A DNA stretch of 61,226 nt, counting the filler, from Collodictyon triciliatum (Eukaryota): NCBI GenBank assembly GCA_043381765.1. It is 5 parts of 4 records of this genome, joined end to end, with 100 filler letters (N's around TTAATTAATTAA, not from the genome) between each part and the next. Parts side by side here need not be neighbours in the genome. Positions count along the whole stretch, not along the records: positions 28,799 to 43,162 come from JBHJMP010001842.1; positions 43,263 to 53,219 come from JBHJMP010001842.1; positions 53,320 to 61,226 come from JBHJMP010001852.1; 2 more parts are not named here. One strand, written 5' to 3'. Of this stretch, positions 42,860-57,579 are shown piece after piece; position 1 is the stretch's first letter; every line of letters begins with the position of its first letter. The notes beneath the pieces are model-generated. The model was not told where the DNA came from. It made no database searches and was given only the letters and a program-made list of their open reading frames with translations. Both the position numbers and the translations under genes were made by a program.

Positions 42860-44164
42860 ATCACCCATCGATGACAAACTCATATCCAAAGAGCAGATTG
42901 GCTTCATGAACGGAAGGAACATCGACACAAACATCTGGGTTGTCAACAAAGAGTACATGAAATATCAAGTAAGCGGGACACCCGCGCTATGATTTTCTAC
43001 GACCTCGAGAAAGCATATGACTATGTGAACCACGAAGCACTGGAAACCATCCTACACAAAAGAGGCTTCTGTACCGGATTCACCAGTCTTATCAAGAAAT
43101 TGCACGACAATGCAACAGCGAGGGTACTCACGGCACGCGGACCTACGGATGCAATTCAAAGANNNNNNNNNNNNNNNNNNNNNNNNNNNNNNNNNNNNNN
43201 NNNNNNTTAATTAATTAANNNNNNNNNNNNNNNNNNNNNNNNNNNNNNNNNNNNNNNNNNNNCCTGAAGAACCAAAGGCGGTCCATTACGCCTGATTCTC
43301 CGCAATTCTCGATGACCATGGCGTACTCCAAATTCTTCCGATATAAAATCATCAGTCCGAATCCCTACAAACCGAAGAAGATGAGTCATTGGGCCGAAAC
43401 CATAGGCATTATAGACCCGCCGATAGTCAAAAGCTGGAAGCAAGCCCGCATATCTCAGCTACTCCCGAAACACCGCGCCCTACTTCTCAATATCTCCAAC
43501 AGAGAGCTGTGGATAGGTGCGCGTGTAGTCCATGCAGCAACGACCTCCCCAGAATGCACCATGTGCCATAGTGGAGATGACTCTATGGAACACACATTTG
43601 TGAAGTATTCTCTTGCTCAAAAAGTGACAGAGTCTACCCACAAGATGCTCTCTGAGCTTGATTATGCTCCCAATCGACTCAGCGCGTCTGACATCCTGTT
43701 TGGCCCACAATACCAAATGACCCACGACTCTAGAATACTCTGGACAGTCACAAGGGGTCATATGGTGTGGTTCTTATGGAGTGTGCGTGCATTCTCTCGC
43801 TCCATTGACTCAACCGAACGAGAAATCAATGTATTCAGGCTTGAGAGCCTCGTGCAATAAAGCTTCCTGAACAATCTGCTGAAACACGCCCGCATTCTTC
43901 GCTACTCTGACCGCAAGCGAAGAGAGATGTGGGAATGTGTCGTGCGATATCTCCCACAGCACATCCAACCTCTGCTACCCACGCAACCAATCAACCAGTT
44001 GGGACGCCCGCCTGGCCAACTCGCTATCACTGATTTCTTTCCAGTGCTAGCCTCTCCACGGTAGTGTCTTCCCCTACTCGCGTTTGTTTTTCACCATCCA
44101 CATCTATCTCGCCCCTTTGTATGGCATAACCTCGCTACACTTTGAATCAAATGAAGGAAAAAAA
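42860..44164 (+). mobile_element. L1/Tx1-like non-LTR retrotransposon ORF2 remnant (RT, zf-RVT, 3' UTR, poly(A)), split by a gap
   Basis: EQIGFMNGRNIDTNI and IFYDLEKAYDYVNH RT motifs, CTMC..DSMEH zinc motif, a frameshift and a stop. Ends CACTTTGAATCAAATGAAGG(A)n. Confidence 0.92.
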
Positions 44165-44810
44165 GTTCACCAGCCCTTCGATACTCCACCCATCCGCACC
44201 CGCTTTGTTGTTGTCGGGATGTATCTCCCGCAGGCCCAAGTAGATTGCGCGAAACACCCTTTGTACAACTACAAGCCCCACTTCCATTAGGGCATCTAGC
44301 GCAAAGTCCAGTGAATCATTCTGTCACCAGCGCCCCAGCCCACAGGGGACATTAATTTTCTACAAGTGGAAACATAATCACAAACTTTGTAACAAAGACT
44401 GTTTTGGACAGGAACTGTCAAAAAATCAGCCTATGTGGATGGAGCGGATCTCTTTAAAGTTGAAGGCGTCGATCTTTTTTCATAAAGAGAAATCCTGGTT
44501 CTCTTGCGCCATTATCTGTTTCCCTGTCTCGCAGGACAGGCACTAAGGAGAAGGACGAAGTAAATTATACCAGGATAAGACCGAAAAGAAGAGAACATCC
44601 TGGTTCTTCAGGACTGGCAAACAGGCCTAAGCCGGCTCTCTCTCTCCTTTGGCGCACAGCAACCTTGTTGCCTGATCCGATCTGCAAAGATTAGAGCAAC
44701 CAACTTGCAAAAGCACCATAGCCTACCTGTTCAGCTAAACTGCCTCCTTAATTACTTTTTTTTTTTTGTTTCTGTCTATGCCCAGAGTTCCAGCAATACC
44801 GGCACCAGAG

Positions 44811-47846
<3,036 letters not shown>

Positions 47847-48123
47847 AGACAACGAGTGACGATAGCGCACGACTCGCTACGCCTCATCTCGCAAAGATGT
47901 TCGATACCATATACATTTCCTCGCTTTGCTGTGCTTGACCCATCCGCCAAGAGGATCCGCAACACAGGGGCCGAGCAAAGTGTGAGAGATATGTGCCGAC
48001 CAGGTTTAGGCTGGGCGGCAGGATGAATCAACCTGGTCGGAGTTTGTGAAGGCGGGTTCGATCAGAGGGTGACCCTCCTAACTTAATGCTTAATGGGAGC
48101 CGTGTCGGCTGAAAAGGTAAAAA

Positions 48124-48127
<4 letters not shown>

Positions 48128-48155
<28 letters not shown>

Positions 48156-48163
48156 AAAAAAAA

Positions 48164-48194
<31 letters not shown>

Positions 48195-48322
48195 CAAAAC
48201 AAAACAAAACAAAACAAAACAAAACAAAACAAAACAAAACAAAACAAAACAAAACAAAACAAAACAAAACAAAACAAAACAAAACAAAACAAAACAAAAC
48301 AAAACAAAACAAAACAAAACAA
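48128..48322. repeat. (AAAAC)n microsatellite
   Basis: Visible tandem array. Confidence 0.95.
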
Positions 48323-48384
48323 AAAAAAAAAAAAACAAGCTAGTAACACATAAGGGATTTAAAGGTAAGATACAAGGGAAGGCA

Positions 48385-48430
48385 CCCTCGGTCCTGCACA
48401 AAAGTTGAAAGGAAGAATAAAAAAAAAAAA
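48385..48430 (+). mobile_element. Short poly(A) retroposon tail, family B, with 18-bp TSD
   Basis: Same core as 26330-26379. TSD AAGATACAAGGGAAGGCA at 48367-48384 and 48431-48448. Confidence 0.9.
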
Positions 48431-48534
48431 AAGATACAAGGGAAGGCATGTTAACAAAATCCTTTTATACTAGAGGGTGGCTGTGTTTGTTTGGAGCAGA
48501 GCTCTGATTGACGTTATCTAAAAGCAGAGTTGGG

Positions 48535-50371
48535 ATGGACACTTGCAGAGAGCAGCACGCTTTGTTTGATACGGCCATCGACGAGGTTTGAGATAGTAAA
48601 GATCAAAAACACATTTATTATACCTCCTTCTGGTTGCATAGACTGAAAGAATAAGACTTTAATTGAATAGGTTGTTTTCGAGACTTTGGAGAGACTCCCT
48701 TGACAAATAAAATTTAACCATATTTCCTTTCCTTTCCTTTCCTTTCTTGTTTTACTTCCCTCTTCTCATTCTCCCACCGTCAAGTTTTACAATTTATACC
48801 TTTAACTATATATTTTCTATGTATTTTAGGTAACCACCACGTTTGAAGGCTACGATGAAATCATAAGGGAAAGGATGTCACGCATTTGTAGTATTTTTAT
48901 CGAAGCAGAAAATAATGCCCGAGAACAAGTACAATTTGCTTATATTTATAGAATATGATAACAAAGAAAATACACTTTTGATTTAAAAATAACTCAATTT
49001 TTTCAAAAGAAATTCATTATGAGGGTAATCCCTTATAAAAAAAAAAACAGAGGGACAGAACTCATCGACTGGCTGATATTAAGATGAATAACTTTATCTT
49101 TAATATTTTAGGTTAGAGCGAAGCTACTTTCAAAAATGAAGAAGGAACACTTAGATGAGAGTACATTGCAATTCGCGGGAAATATAGTCTCAAGACTGAA
49201 CAAGTTAAAGCGCAGTAAAATTTTAGGCGCCAGAGAAAATTGTGCTTTGCCCGCTGCTGTCATCGCCATTAATGCCACCAAAGCGATTGATGACTTTGTA
49301 CGATCGAAAAGGAATTTATCTTCCTGGGCTCCTTCATTTCATCGAAAACCAAAACAGCTTAGAATACTTCCCTCAGATAGTCTCGAAGTAAAAGGAAATG
49401 AGCTTGTTTTGAACCGATTTTTAAGAGCAATACAAAGAGGAATGCCTTATTTGATGGGAGTTGAAGTGGATAAGTTGGTGCTGCATTCTGAAACAAATGG
49501 AATACAAGGAGGTAATAATGAGCATCAGTGCCCGTGGGGGTTGGCTGTGCACCAATTATCTGGGAATATTTATGTTGGGGAGTACACATATCATAAAATT
49601 CGTGTTTATTCACCGGAATTAAAACTGATGCGAACAATTGGATCTTACGGGAATGAGGAGGGCCAGTTAAACTATCCCATCGGACTAACTTTTACCCCAT
49701 TGGGGCACCTTGCTGTCGTTGAGCATGTTACACAACGAGTTCAGATATTCAATTCGAAAGGTCAGCATGTCTGCTTCATAGGTGGGAGAAACTCGAGACA
49801 TCTAGGACTTACAAATGTTTACAGCGCGGCTTTCTCATGGAGCACGTCACAGGAAGATGAAGAAAGGGGTGATATTGAGGTATCTGACGACTTAGAGGAT
49901 GACATTCATGTGGACCAGTCTTTATACAACCAAATATCTGTGTTTCTAGCTGATATTGATTGCCAGGATATCAAAAAAGTAAATGTAGGTTCAGGTGCTA
50001 TCGAAAATTTAATCCGCCCACCTGGAAACGTCCGTGGATTCTCTTCTGTTTTAATCGATAAAATAGGCCGCCTGGTAGCGGCCGGGGTTCATGGGGACGC
50101 ACTCTATTACTTTGGAAAAGATGGCAAGTTCCTTCAGTCTGTCTCTATCCCTATGTTCCGAGACTATTGTTATCTTGCGCATGGTCCTGATGATGGTGTG
50201 GTGGTATCTCAACAAGCAACTGGGAAAATCCTCTTTTTCGATGTCGAATGCAACTGCTATGCCAGTATGGAATTGAACAGGCCGGTGGGGATATCGTTTG
50301 ACTATGACGGCAGATTTGTGGTGGCTGAACGAGACTCTGCGATGGTTCGTGTGTTTGCACCAAACAAATAA
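48535..50371 (+). CDS. NHL-repeat protein, paralog of 206-1633
   Basis: [16 protein letters not shown] and [12 protein letters not shown] motifs. Two short upstream exons from ATG 48535 are inferred. Confidence 0.82.
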
Positions 50372-50672
50372 GAAGCTCAGAGACGACACCATAAATAACG
50401 AAACAGAAGCAATCGCTAGGGTATTTAGAAAAAGTTTATGTTGTGTGGGGCGTATAAAACAGAGAAATCGCACCCTGTTTCATATTTTCCACATTTGTTA
50501 TGATTACATGCAAACAACCATTTTTGAATCTGATCTGTTCGGGCCATCTCTTGGGAAAAGGAGAAGCGGGTGGGTGATTCAACAAACCTTACGCGTGGCT
50601 CTCGTCCCGCCACATGCCCGATGTCAAACAGCCACCCCGAACACTGTTGAACAAATCGTTGATGTGTATAGA

Positions 50673-51106
50673 ATGATCGAAGTTGTCTGTAACGATCGCC
50701 TTGGGAAAAAAGTGCGAGTCAAATGCAACCCAGACGACACCATCGGAGATCTCAAAAAGCTCATCGCTGCGCAAACCGGTTTGCTTTATTCATTTTCCCT
50801 TCCATTATCTCGTTATTCCTTCTTCTGTTTCTTCTTTTTTATTTATTATTATTATTATTAATATTATTGTTCATTTGTATTCGAACACAACTTGAATCTC
50901 GCGCTTAGATGACATCAATCACTGTCCTTTTCTCACCCTGTTATTCTTGCTCTGAACATGCCTCACTTTCGCACACCCGCGGCTCACCAGGCACACGGCC
51001 CGAAAAGATCCGTCTTCAAAAATGGTACACGGTTTTCAAAGACCACATCACTCTGGAGGACTACGAGATCCATGACGGGATGGGGCTGGAGCTCTACTAC
51101 CTCTAG
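50673..51106 (+). CDS. UBL5: Ubiquitin-like protein 5 / Hub1
   Basis: [18 protein letters not shown]...[17 protein letters not shown]...GMGLELYYL; intron 50779-50990. Confidence 0.97.
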
Positions 51107-51394
51107 TGACGCCCTTTCCCAGTACATACAATTTGCCCAACATTCTTTGCGTCAAATAAAACAGAGCACCTCTCGTCTCGCAGACAAAACCCGAAGCATC
51201 AAGGGCTCCATCCTTTCTTGTTATTTTATGTTAGATTTATTTCCTTCTTTCATCACTAAAGAGCTTCTTGTCCTATCTTTTACGTAATAGATGAAAAAAA
51301 AAAATAATGGAACCACACAACTGCCCGGGGAACTTGAGCGGGTTCAAGAGCTGAGATTAAGTCATTGTTGTATTAATATAAGACAGTAGAAGGG

Positions 51395-51510
51395 GTATAC
51401 CATCTTTCGAATGGTAAACCTGGTGCGCTAGTATCCAAGGTCTCACCACCTATTTTCACCAAGATTGTGTAGTGGTGAAGGCTGCCAGGAAAGACCCGAC
51501 AGCCTGATTT
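51395..51510 (-). ncRNA. Candidate Fanzor omegaRNA scaffold
   Basis: Consecutive hairpins directly 3' of the Fanzor ORF: an 11-bp stem with two G-U pairs valid only on the minus strand, a 7-bp stem, and a GAAA-capped stem. Confidence 0.6.
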
Positions 51511-51616
51511 TTTTAGAGAAAGGTGTTTAGGCATTTTTTGAAGGATTAAAAGAACTTTGTTGAGTATACTTTTAGCGCTGTTAAGTCCCTTGTCAAGAAT
51601 ACACTTTGTTTGCTTT

Positions 51617-51658
51617 TGATATTTATTTATTCTATATACCTAGAATAAATAAATATCA
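51617..51658. mobile_element. 42-bp perfect palindromic insertion (TG...CA) with 5-bp TSD GCTTT
   Basis: TGATATTTATTTATTCTA-TATACC-TAGAATAAATAAATATCA. Removing it restores the Fanzor reading frame. Confidence 0.85.
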
Positions 51659-52930
51659 GCTTTCTGAGCGGTTGCATTCTTTACATATGAGACATCTATA
51701 CACTTTTTTTTTTTTGGAGTTTCCTTTCGGTTGCATATATTCCAGTTCTTTTTCGCAGTTGTAGCACATCTTGAGGTTATAAATTCATCTACGCGAACTG
51801 TTCCAAAACGTTTGGACAGTATTTTTCGTAACCCGCTTACAATTGTTGGCGTAAAATGTTTCATCAGACATTTTCTGCTCCAGTCTCCATACGCGAGTAC
51901 AACATCCTTACCAAATGTCATTTCGATTCGGTCCATAAACAACTCTTCACTTCTTTTTGTATTAACATATTGAATCCATCTCATCTTTCGAAAAGTTTCT
52001 GGTTCATAAAACCTGGAAAATCTATCTGGTACCTTAATTTCATAGATACATATTTTCGAATTTTTTCATCATCGACTGTGCATGAATTATGTTTACTCAG
52101 TTCTGTCAATAAATCGATTTAAGATACTCTTGATGTCTCAAACTGCTGATTCTCTTCACAAGTCATGAGACCAAAATAAAAAACATTTTGTAAATCTGTT
52201 GTCATGCATATCCCTGAATAAGTGTACATTTATTTTATCGCGCAAGAGTATTTCGTGATTTTCAAGAGATTTACTATCATGTCATCCTTGGTGTGCCGTG
52301 TAACGTAATTTCTTACCTGCCTCATCCACCATGCAAACAAAATTAAACTTGCCTGCGTCCTCTCCAACTTTCTTTTTTTTCGCTAATAAAGATACCTGCT
52401 CTTCGGAATGTTGATGTATATAAACATGTTCTTGGTTTTTTTTTGATTAAATTAGAAATTGAATTTGAAATACCTTTCTTTTCAAACAATAATGACACCG
52501 CCAAGCCGCCTGTTTGTTTCATGTATATAAAACTGTAGTCTCTTTGATGAAAGACTCTTCTCTTCATTTCAAAGAACTTATCCCATAGTGTCTCTTTGCA
52601 TCCTGATATATTCTTCATTAATGAAGTTTTTCCAGATAATAGCAATAGATCTATCAAACATGCAATATCTAGAGTAATATGACATGGTATATTGGTAGTT
52701 CTTTTAGAGATTGGTTAAACAGTTTTTGGTTCCAATGTCCTCAAAAATGCGATTCATGTGAATCAGACATGGAATGTACTTATTTGGATTGACTTTGGCG
52801 TCATATTCTATACCATTTTACAATATCGCTGGGATGATATGATGCAAATGCATTGTAGCCCATTCTTTATATTGCTCCGGTATTTCGAGTTTCTTGAAGA
52901 TGGCTTCTTTTTTAACTTCATTACTCTGCC

Positions 52931-52958
52931 AACTTTGAATCGAATAAAGGAAAAAAAA
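52931..52958 (+). mobile_element. LINE 3' tail, family A, with 17-bp TSD inside Fanzor
   Basis: ACTTTGAATCGAATAAAGG(A)n flanked by AACTTCATTACTCTGCC at 52914-52930 and 52959-52975. Confidence 0.92.
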
Positions 52959-53095
52959 AACTTCATTACTCTGCCTTTATTAATACATTCCGTAACATTC
53001 TCATATTTAGGAACTGTTTGATTTATAAAGCGCAGTGACCTCTTCACAAAATGTTCCGTAATGTTATTATGATAAGCTATTAACATTTGCTTCGC

Positions 53096-53133
53096 CACTT
53101 TGAATCGAATAAAGGGAAAAAAAAAAAAAAAAA
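53096..53133 (+). mobile_element. LINE 3' tail, family A, at the point where Fanzor homology stops
   Basis: CACTTTGAATCGAATAAAGGG(A)n; no second TSD copy visible. Confidence 0.8.
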
Positions 53134-53175
53134 TTTTGTGGTTTATATTATAAAAAAATACAAACTGTTTTTAAG

Positions 53176-53213
<38 letters not shown>

Positions 53214-53550
53214 ATTTCANNNNNNNNNNNNNNNNNNNNNNNNNNNNNNNNNNNNNNNNNNNNTTAATTAATTAANNNNNNNNNNNNNNNNNNNNNNNNN
53301 NNNNNNNNNNNNNNNNNNNACTCCCCTGACCCGGGGGGAGGGGGTAAAGGAGAAAAAGGGGGGGTGGGGAAGAATTAAACACAGGGGGGGGGGGGGGGGA
53401 GGACAATATTTCGATTACTTGTAATTATATACACAATTATAAAGTATTCAATTAATCAAACTTTGAAGCGATCAAAGAAGTACATCGTTCTATTCATTTA
53501 TTTATAAATTCATTTTTAGGATTGCAAAATAGAGAGAGAAATTGTTCAAC

Positions 53551-56208
53551 CTCGACGCAATGCAGATATGAGGATAGTTGCAGCTTCAGGCTTCAGCAGA
53601 CCCGCCATATCCTTGACTGTCATGGAATCCAAAAAAAAAAAAAACTGTCAATATGAGACAATGAAATAATATTTATGAAACAAATCTACTGATTAATGTA
53701 TATAGAATAACTGAACGCATAAACAGACAAAAGGACATAGCCATACCTGCCAAGATGTGAGTCCCATGACGCACTAGTTTGTGAGCAAGGTCGACATAAT
53801 ACTAGAATGTTCCGTGTTGAAGGTGAAAAATAATTCGTATGAGAGGAGGAGGATGGATAAATAATAGACGAAAATTATACGGAAAGAAATCCATCTGATA
53901 GTTTGTTTTTTCATTTTCGTCTGCTTTTGTTTTCGTTTTTCTTAAAAGTCCTTACGTCTAAAGTGTATTTGGTTCTATTTGAATCTGTCAAGTCGCCCGA
54001 GTAGCAGATGGCTGCTTCAATAACACCTCCAGCTTCACCCACAGCATCCATACCCAGCTATTGGTTTCAAAAGAACCATTTGTATCGATATGAAGAATTT
54101 TACACACACACACAAAAAAAAAAAAAAAGGATATATATTAATTGTTGGGACGGATATCCGAGGAAAACATAATCTTTAGGCAGAGTTATATGTAATTTCC
54201 AATAGCTTAGTATGCCACATCTTCCACCTTTAAGTTGTCGACGTAATTGAGCGAGTCAAAAACACGGAAAATATCCATTCCTTGACGGACCGCCTCACGA
54301 CAGAATCGGTACTAAAGTGATATCGATCGGAATTAAATACACCCAGGAGTCTATCCTCCGTCGGTGGATTCATGAGACTCATCACACTTACCACAACATT
54401 GTCGGGGTAGTTTGTGTAGCCAACTGCATTTGCACCTCTGAGTAACATCTGGAAAGGAATATTAGGAACCTTTTCTCTCATCTCCGCTACGGTAGTGATG
54501 GGCAAAAAAAGTGTATTTTAGTTATTGCAATAAATTTATGTGTGCCTAAGTAAAGATATTATGAGTGATTTTATGAATCAAGTCAAGGTAATAAAGAGTA
54601 TCAGATGATATATCATATACACAGGGAATGAATGAGAGAAGCAAATACATCTTTCGCTGTTGGTTACCTAGTCTGTCCCAAGGACATTCATAAAGGAAAC
54701 GCATTGATACGTCGTACGTAGCGCCTCCTAATTATTTAATTTTGGTTAATTTTGGTTAATTTTGGTTAATTTTGGTTAATTTTGGTTAATTTTGGTTAAT
54801 TTTGGTTAATTTTGGTTAATTTTGGTTAATTTTGGTTAATTATATTATATTGTATTGTATTGTATTGTATTGTATTTGTATTTGTATTTGTATTTGTATT
54901 GTATTGTATTGTATTGTATTGTATTGTATTGTATTGTATTGTATTGTATTGTATTGTATTGTATTGTATTGTATTGTATTGTATTGTATTGTATTGAGAC
55001 AGTGTTTCATAGCAAGACAGTCACATAAAGAGAGAATGAACGAAAAGAATATCATGTTTGTAATCGGAGAAGCAAACCCCAATTTTCTAAACTCAGAAGA
55101 TTGTTGAAAATATGCGAAGTCTGATGCGATATTTTATTGATATCGTATGTTCGCAATCGTGTTGCCAAAAGGGACTGAACCAAACGGATGGTTACATCGT
55201 ATAAAAGTTTAAGATATGAAATACATCAAGAATATTACAATATGAAAAATGTACATAATCAAGTTGTAGGTAATCTACATAGTAATACATATACGCTATG
55301 GCGTTCATTTCTTTGTAACGAATAAATAGGGAAAAAAATTATGGCATTCATTTACCTGGTGGGCATCTCTCCATGTCGTATCTGTTAAGAGTAAACCTCT
55401 GTGGTTGCGAATGGCTTTGGCAAACTCAGCGGGTCCCTTTAAATATTGAAGTTTATTTCAGAAAAATGAACCAGAATTAATTTTTTTCTTCGATTCAAAA
55501 AACTTTGCAGGATTAGACAAGATACATTTTTTTCATTTATTCGATTCAAAGTGGAGTATTGTACGAGACATAGCGGTACCTTTTCTTTTAAAAGATATCT
55601 CCATCCTGTCGAGCATTTTTCCTTCGGCACAGATGGAATAATCGGTAAGGTCTATGCCATCGGTGAGATTTAATATACAATATATGAAATCTGCTATCAA
55701 GATTGTGAATAAGATTTGTTCCTTAAATTAGAAACAGTAAATTCAGTTACATCTGTACGGGTAATAAGCGATGGTACTGAATATAATTTTAATAGGTATA
55801 TATGGGGAATTCAAAACTCACGCGCCCAGGTGGAACTTTCATGACCAAGGGAGTTGGTGGACCTTTATTGAAAATGTTATTTTTTAAAAATAATAATATT
55901 AATTGATCATATGACCCTGTGGCCACTTAAAATTTTATGCATTTAACATGACGTTTCAAATTCTGAGACAAGATAATCATAGGACGTGCATCACAAATGA
56001 ATTAAAAATAATTGGAGGACTTACCATTTACTGCTACTTCTGCGAGGTAATTCAGTATCTTGGATGTTCTATCTCCACTCGGCTTAAACTTCATCAAATC
56101 TGGATGAGTCTCGATGAATGATGTGTCCATTTCTACATTACCATCACATTTAAGTTTAGCCAATAAGCAAAACATTCATTGATGGATGATTTGGAGGGAA
56201 TTACGCCA

Positions 56209-56304
<96 letters not shown>

Positions 56305-57532
56305 GGCGATAATAAGAAAAATCATTATTAAGATAATACTATAAAAACCAGTAGTGCAAAAATATTTATACATTCAGATATAATTTCTTTCTCTGTTTAC
56401 ATGCATCAAATTGAATGTATTACTCTTATAGCTGAGGAAATCGGGATGGGAAAGAACATTCACCAAGAACGGAATGTTTGTTTGAACACCTTGTGAGTGG
56501 AATGAGTATATGTAAATAATTTAGACACTAGATATTATTCCGATAAAGATTCCCAACGATTGGGAAAGATGATTGATTGATTGATTGATTGACTGATTGA
56601 TTGATTAATATAACGAGAAAACAGAATAAAATGAGATTACCGCGGACACGGAACTCGACTAAAGCGCGCCGAAGTTTTTGGGCGGCAGTCGAAAACCCTT
56701 CAGAGTGGGATGTAACCTGATTTGTGGTTTCATTTAAAAATATCAAAGACAGAAAAACGGATCTCGTGTACTCTGGGAATGGTCGTTGTGTTGGTGGAAT
56801 TACGTGGGATGAAAAAAATAAAGCATTTGCTCTCAAAACCTTGCACAACATGCTGTCATAGTGTGGCGTGATAGTAAATCCTTGATATCCACTGCTGTCA
56901 AGGCGAATACCCATACCTTCCGCTGGATGTATTCACACAAATGGTTTATGTTATGAATTAAAGTATTTTCATTCTGTATATATATATATTGATGATAAAT
57001 TCCTTTTAAAATACATATTTTATTGGATAGATTAGTCAGTCGCATAAGTAAAGTCTGCCTGTTCGAAAAACAGAGAGTGTTCCGTTGTCAGGTTGAAATC
57101 CGTTCCGTGGATTTTCGGAAGTTACTCTACACTGAATAGCGTATCCTGAAATGGAAAATGGATGCATATTTAAATTTCATTAATGTGATTAACTAGCCTT
57201 TATAGAAATACATGGGAATGTATTTATCTATAAAACGAAATATTTGGTAAATTGGGCAATACCATTCAAACGTATATCACTCTGGCGGAGACCTGCAGAG
57301 AGAAAAAAAAAAGAGGTAATGGTAGGTATTTGTTCATAATGGGCCGTGATATCATACTTGACAGTGAAAGAGTCACATGTAAAATATTTATATATCTTAT
57401 CGACGGTTAAAATAATAAAGTTGTCTGGTCACCGAATTCATGAATGTTCTGTCCAGCTGCTATGCGAATCTGCGATTGGACTATATCTTTTCCAGTCACC
57501 TCTTCGGTCACAGTGTGCTCCACCTGGTGTTT

Positions 57533-57579
<47 letters not shown>

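Larger units (their letters stand above)
51520..53095 (-). pseudogene. Decayed Fanzor1 (TnpB-like RuvC nuclease); 5' part lost at an insertion and gap
   Basis: AYHNNITEHF..RFIN, HITLDIACLIDL, RuvC-I VGEDAGK..MVD..KLRYT, YGDWS, RuvC-II VDEFITS, Cys motif CKEC, RuvC-III FLTRD(L)NSAKSI. Multiple frameshifts and stops. Confidence 0.88.

Noticed and set aside
44165-44350. GC-rich segment after the LINE poly(A)
   Set aside because: No TSD match, recognisable ORF or second copy in the window.
54739-54840. TTTTGGTTAA array as an interstitial telomere
   Set aside because: Only two G per unit, intronic, and fused to another microsatellite; no support for a telomeric origin.
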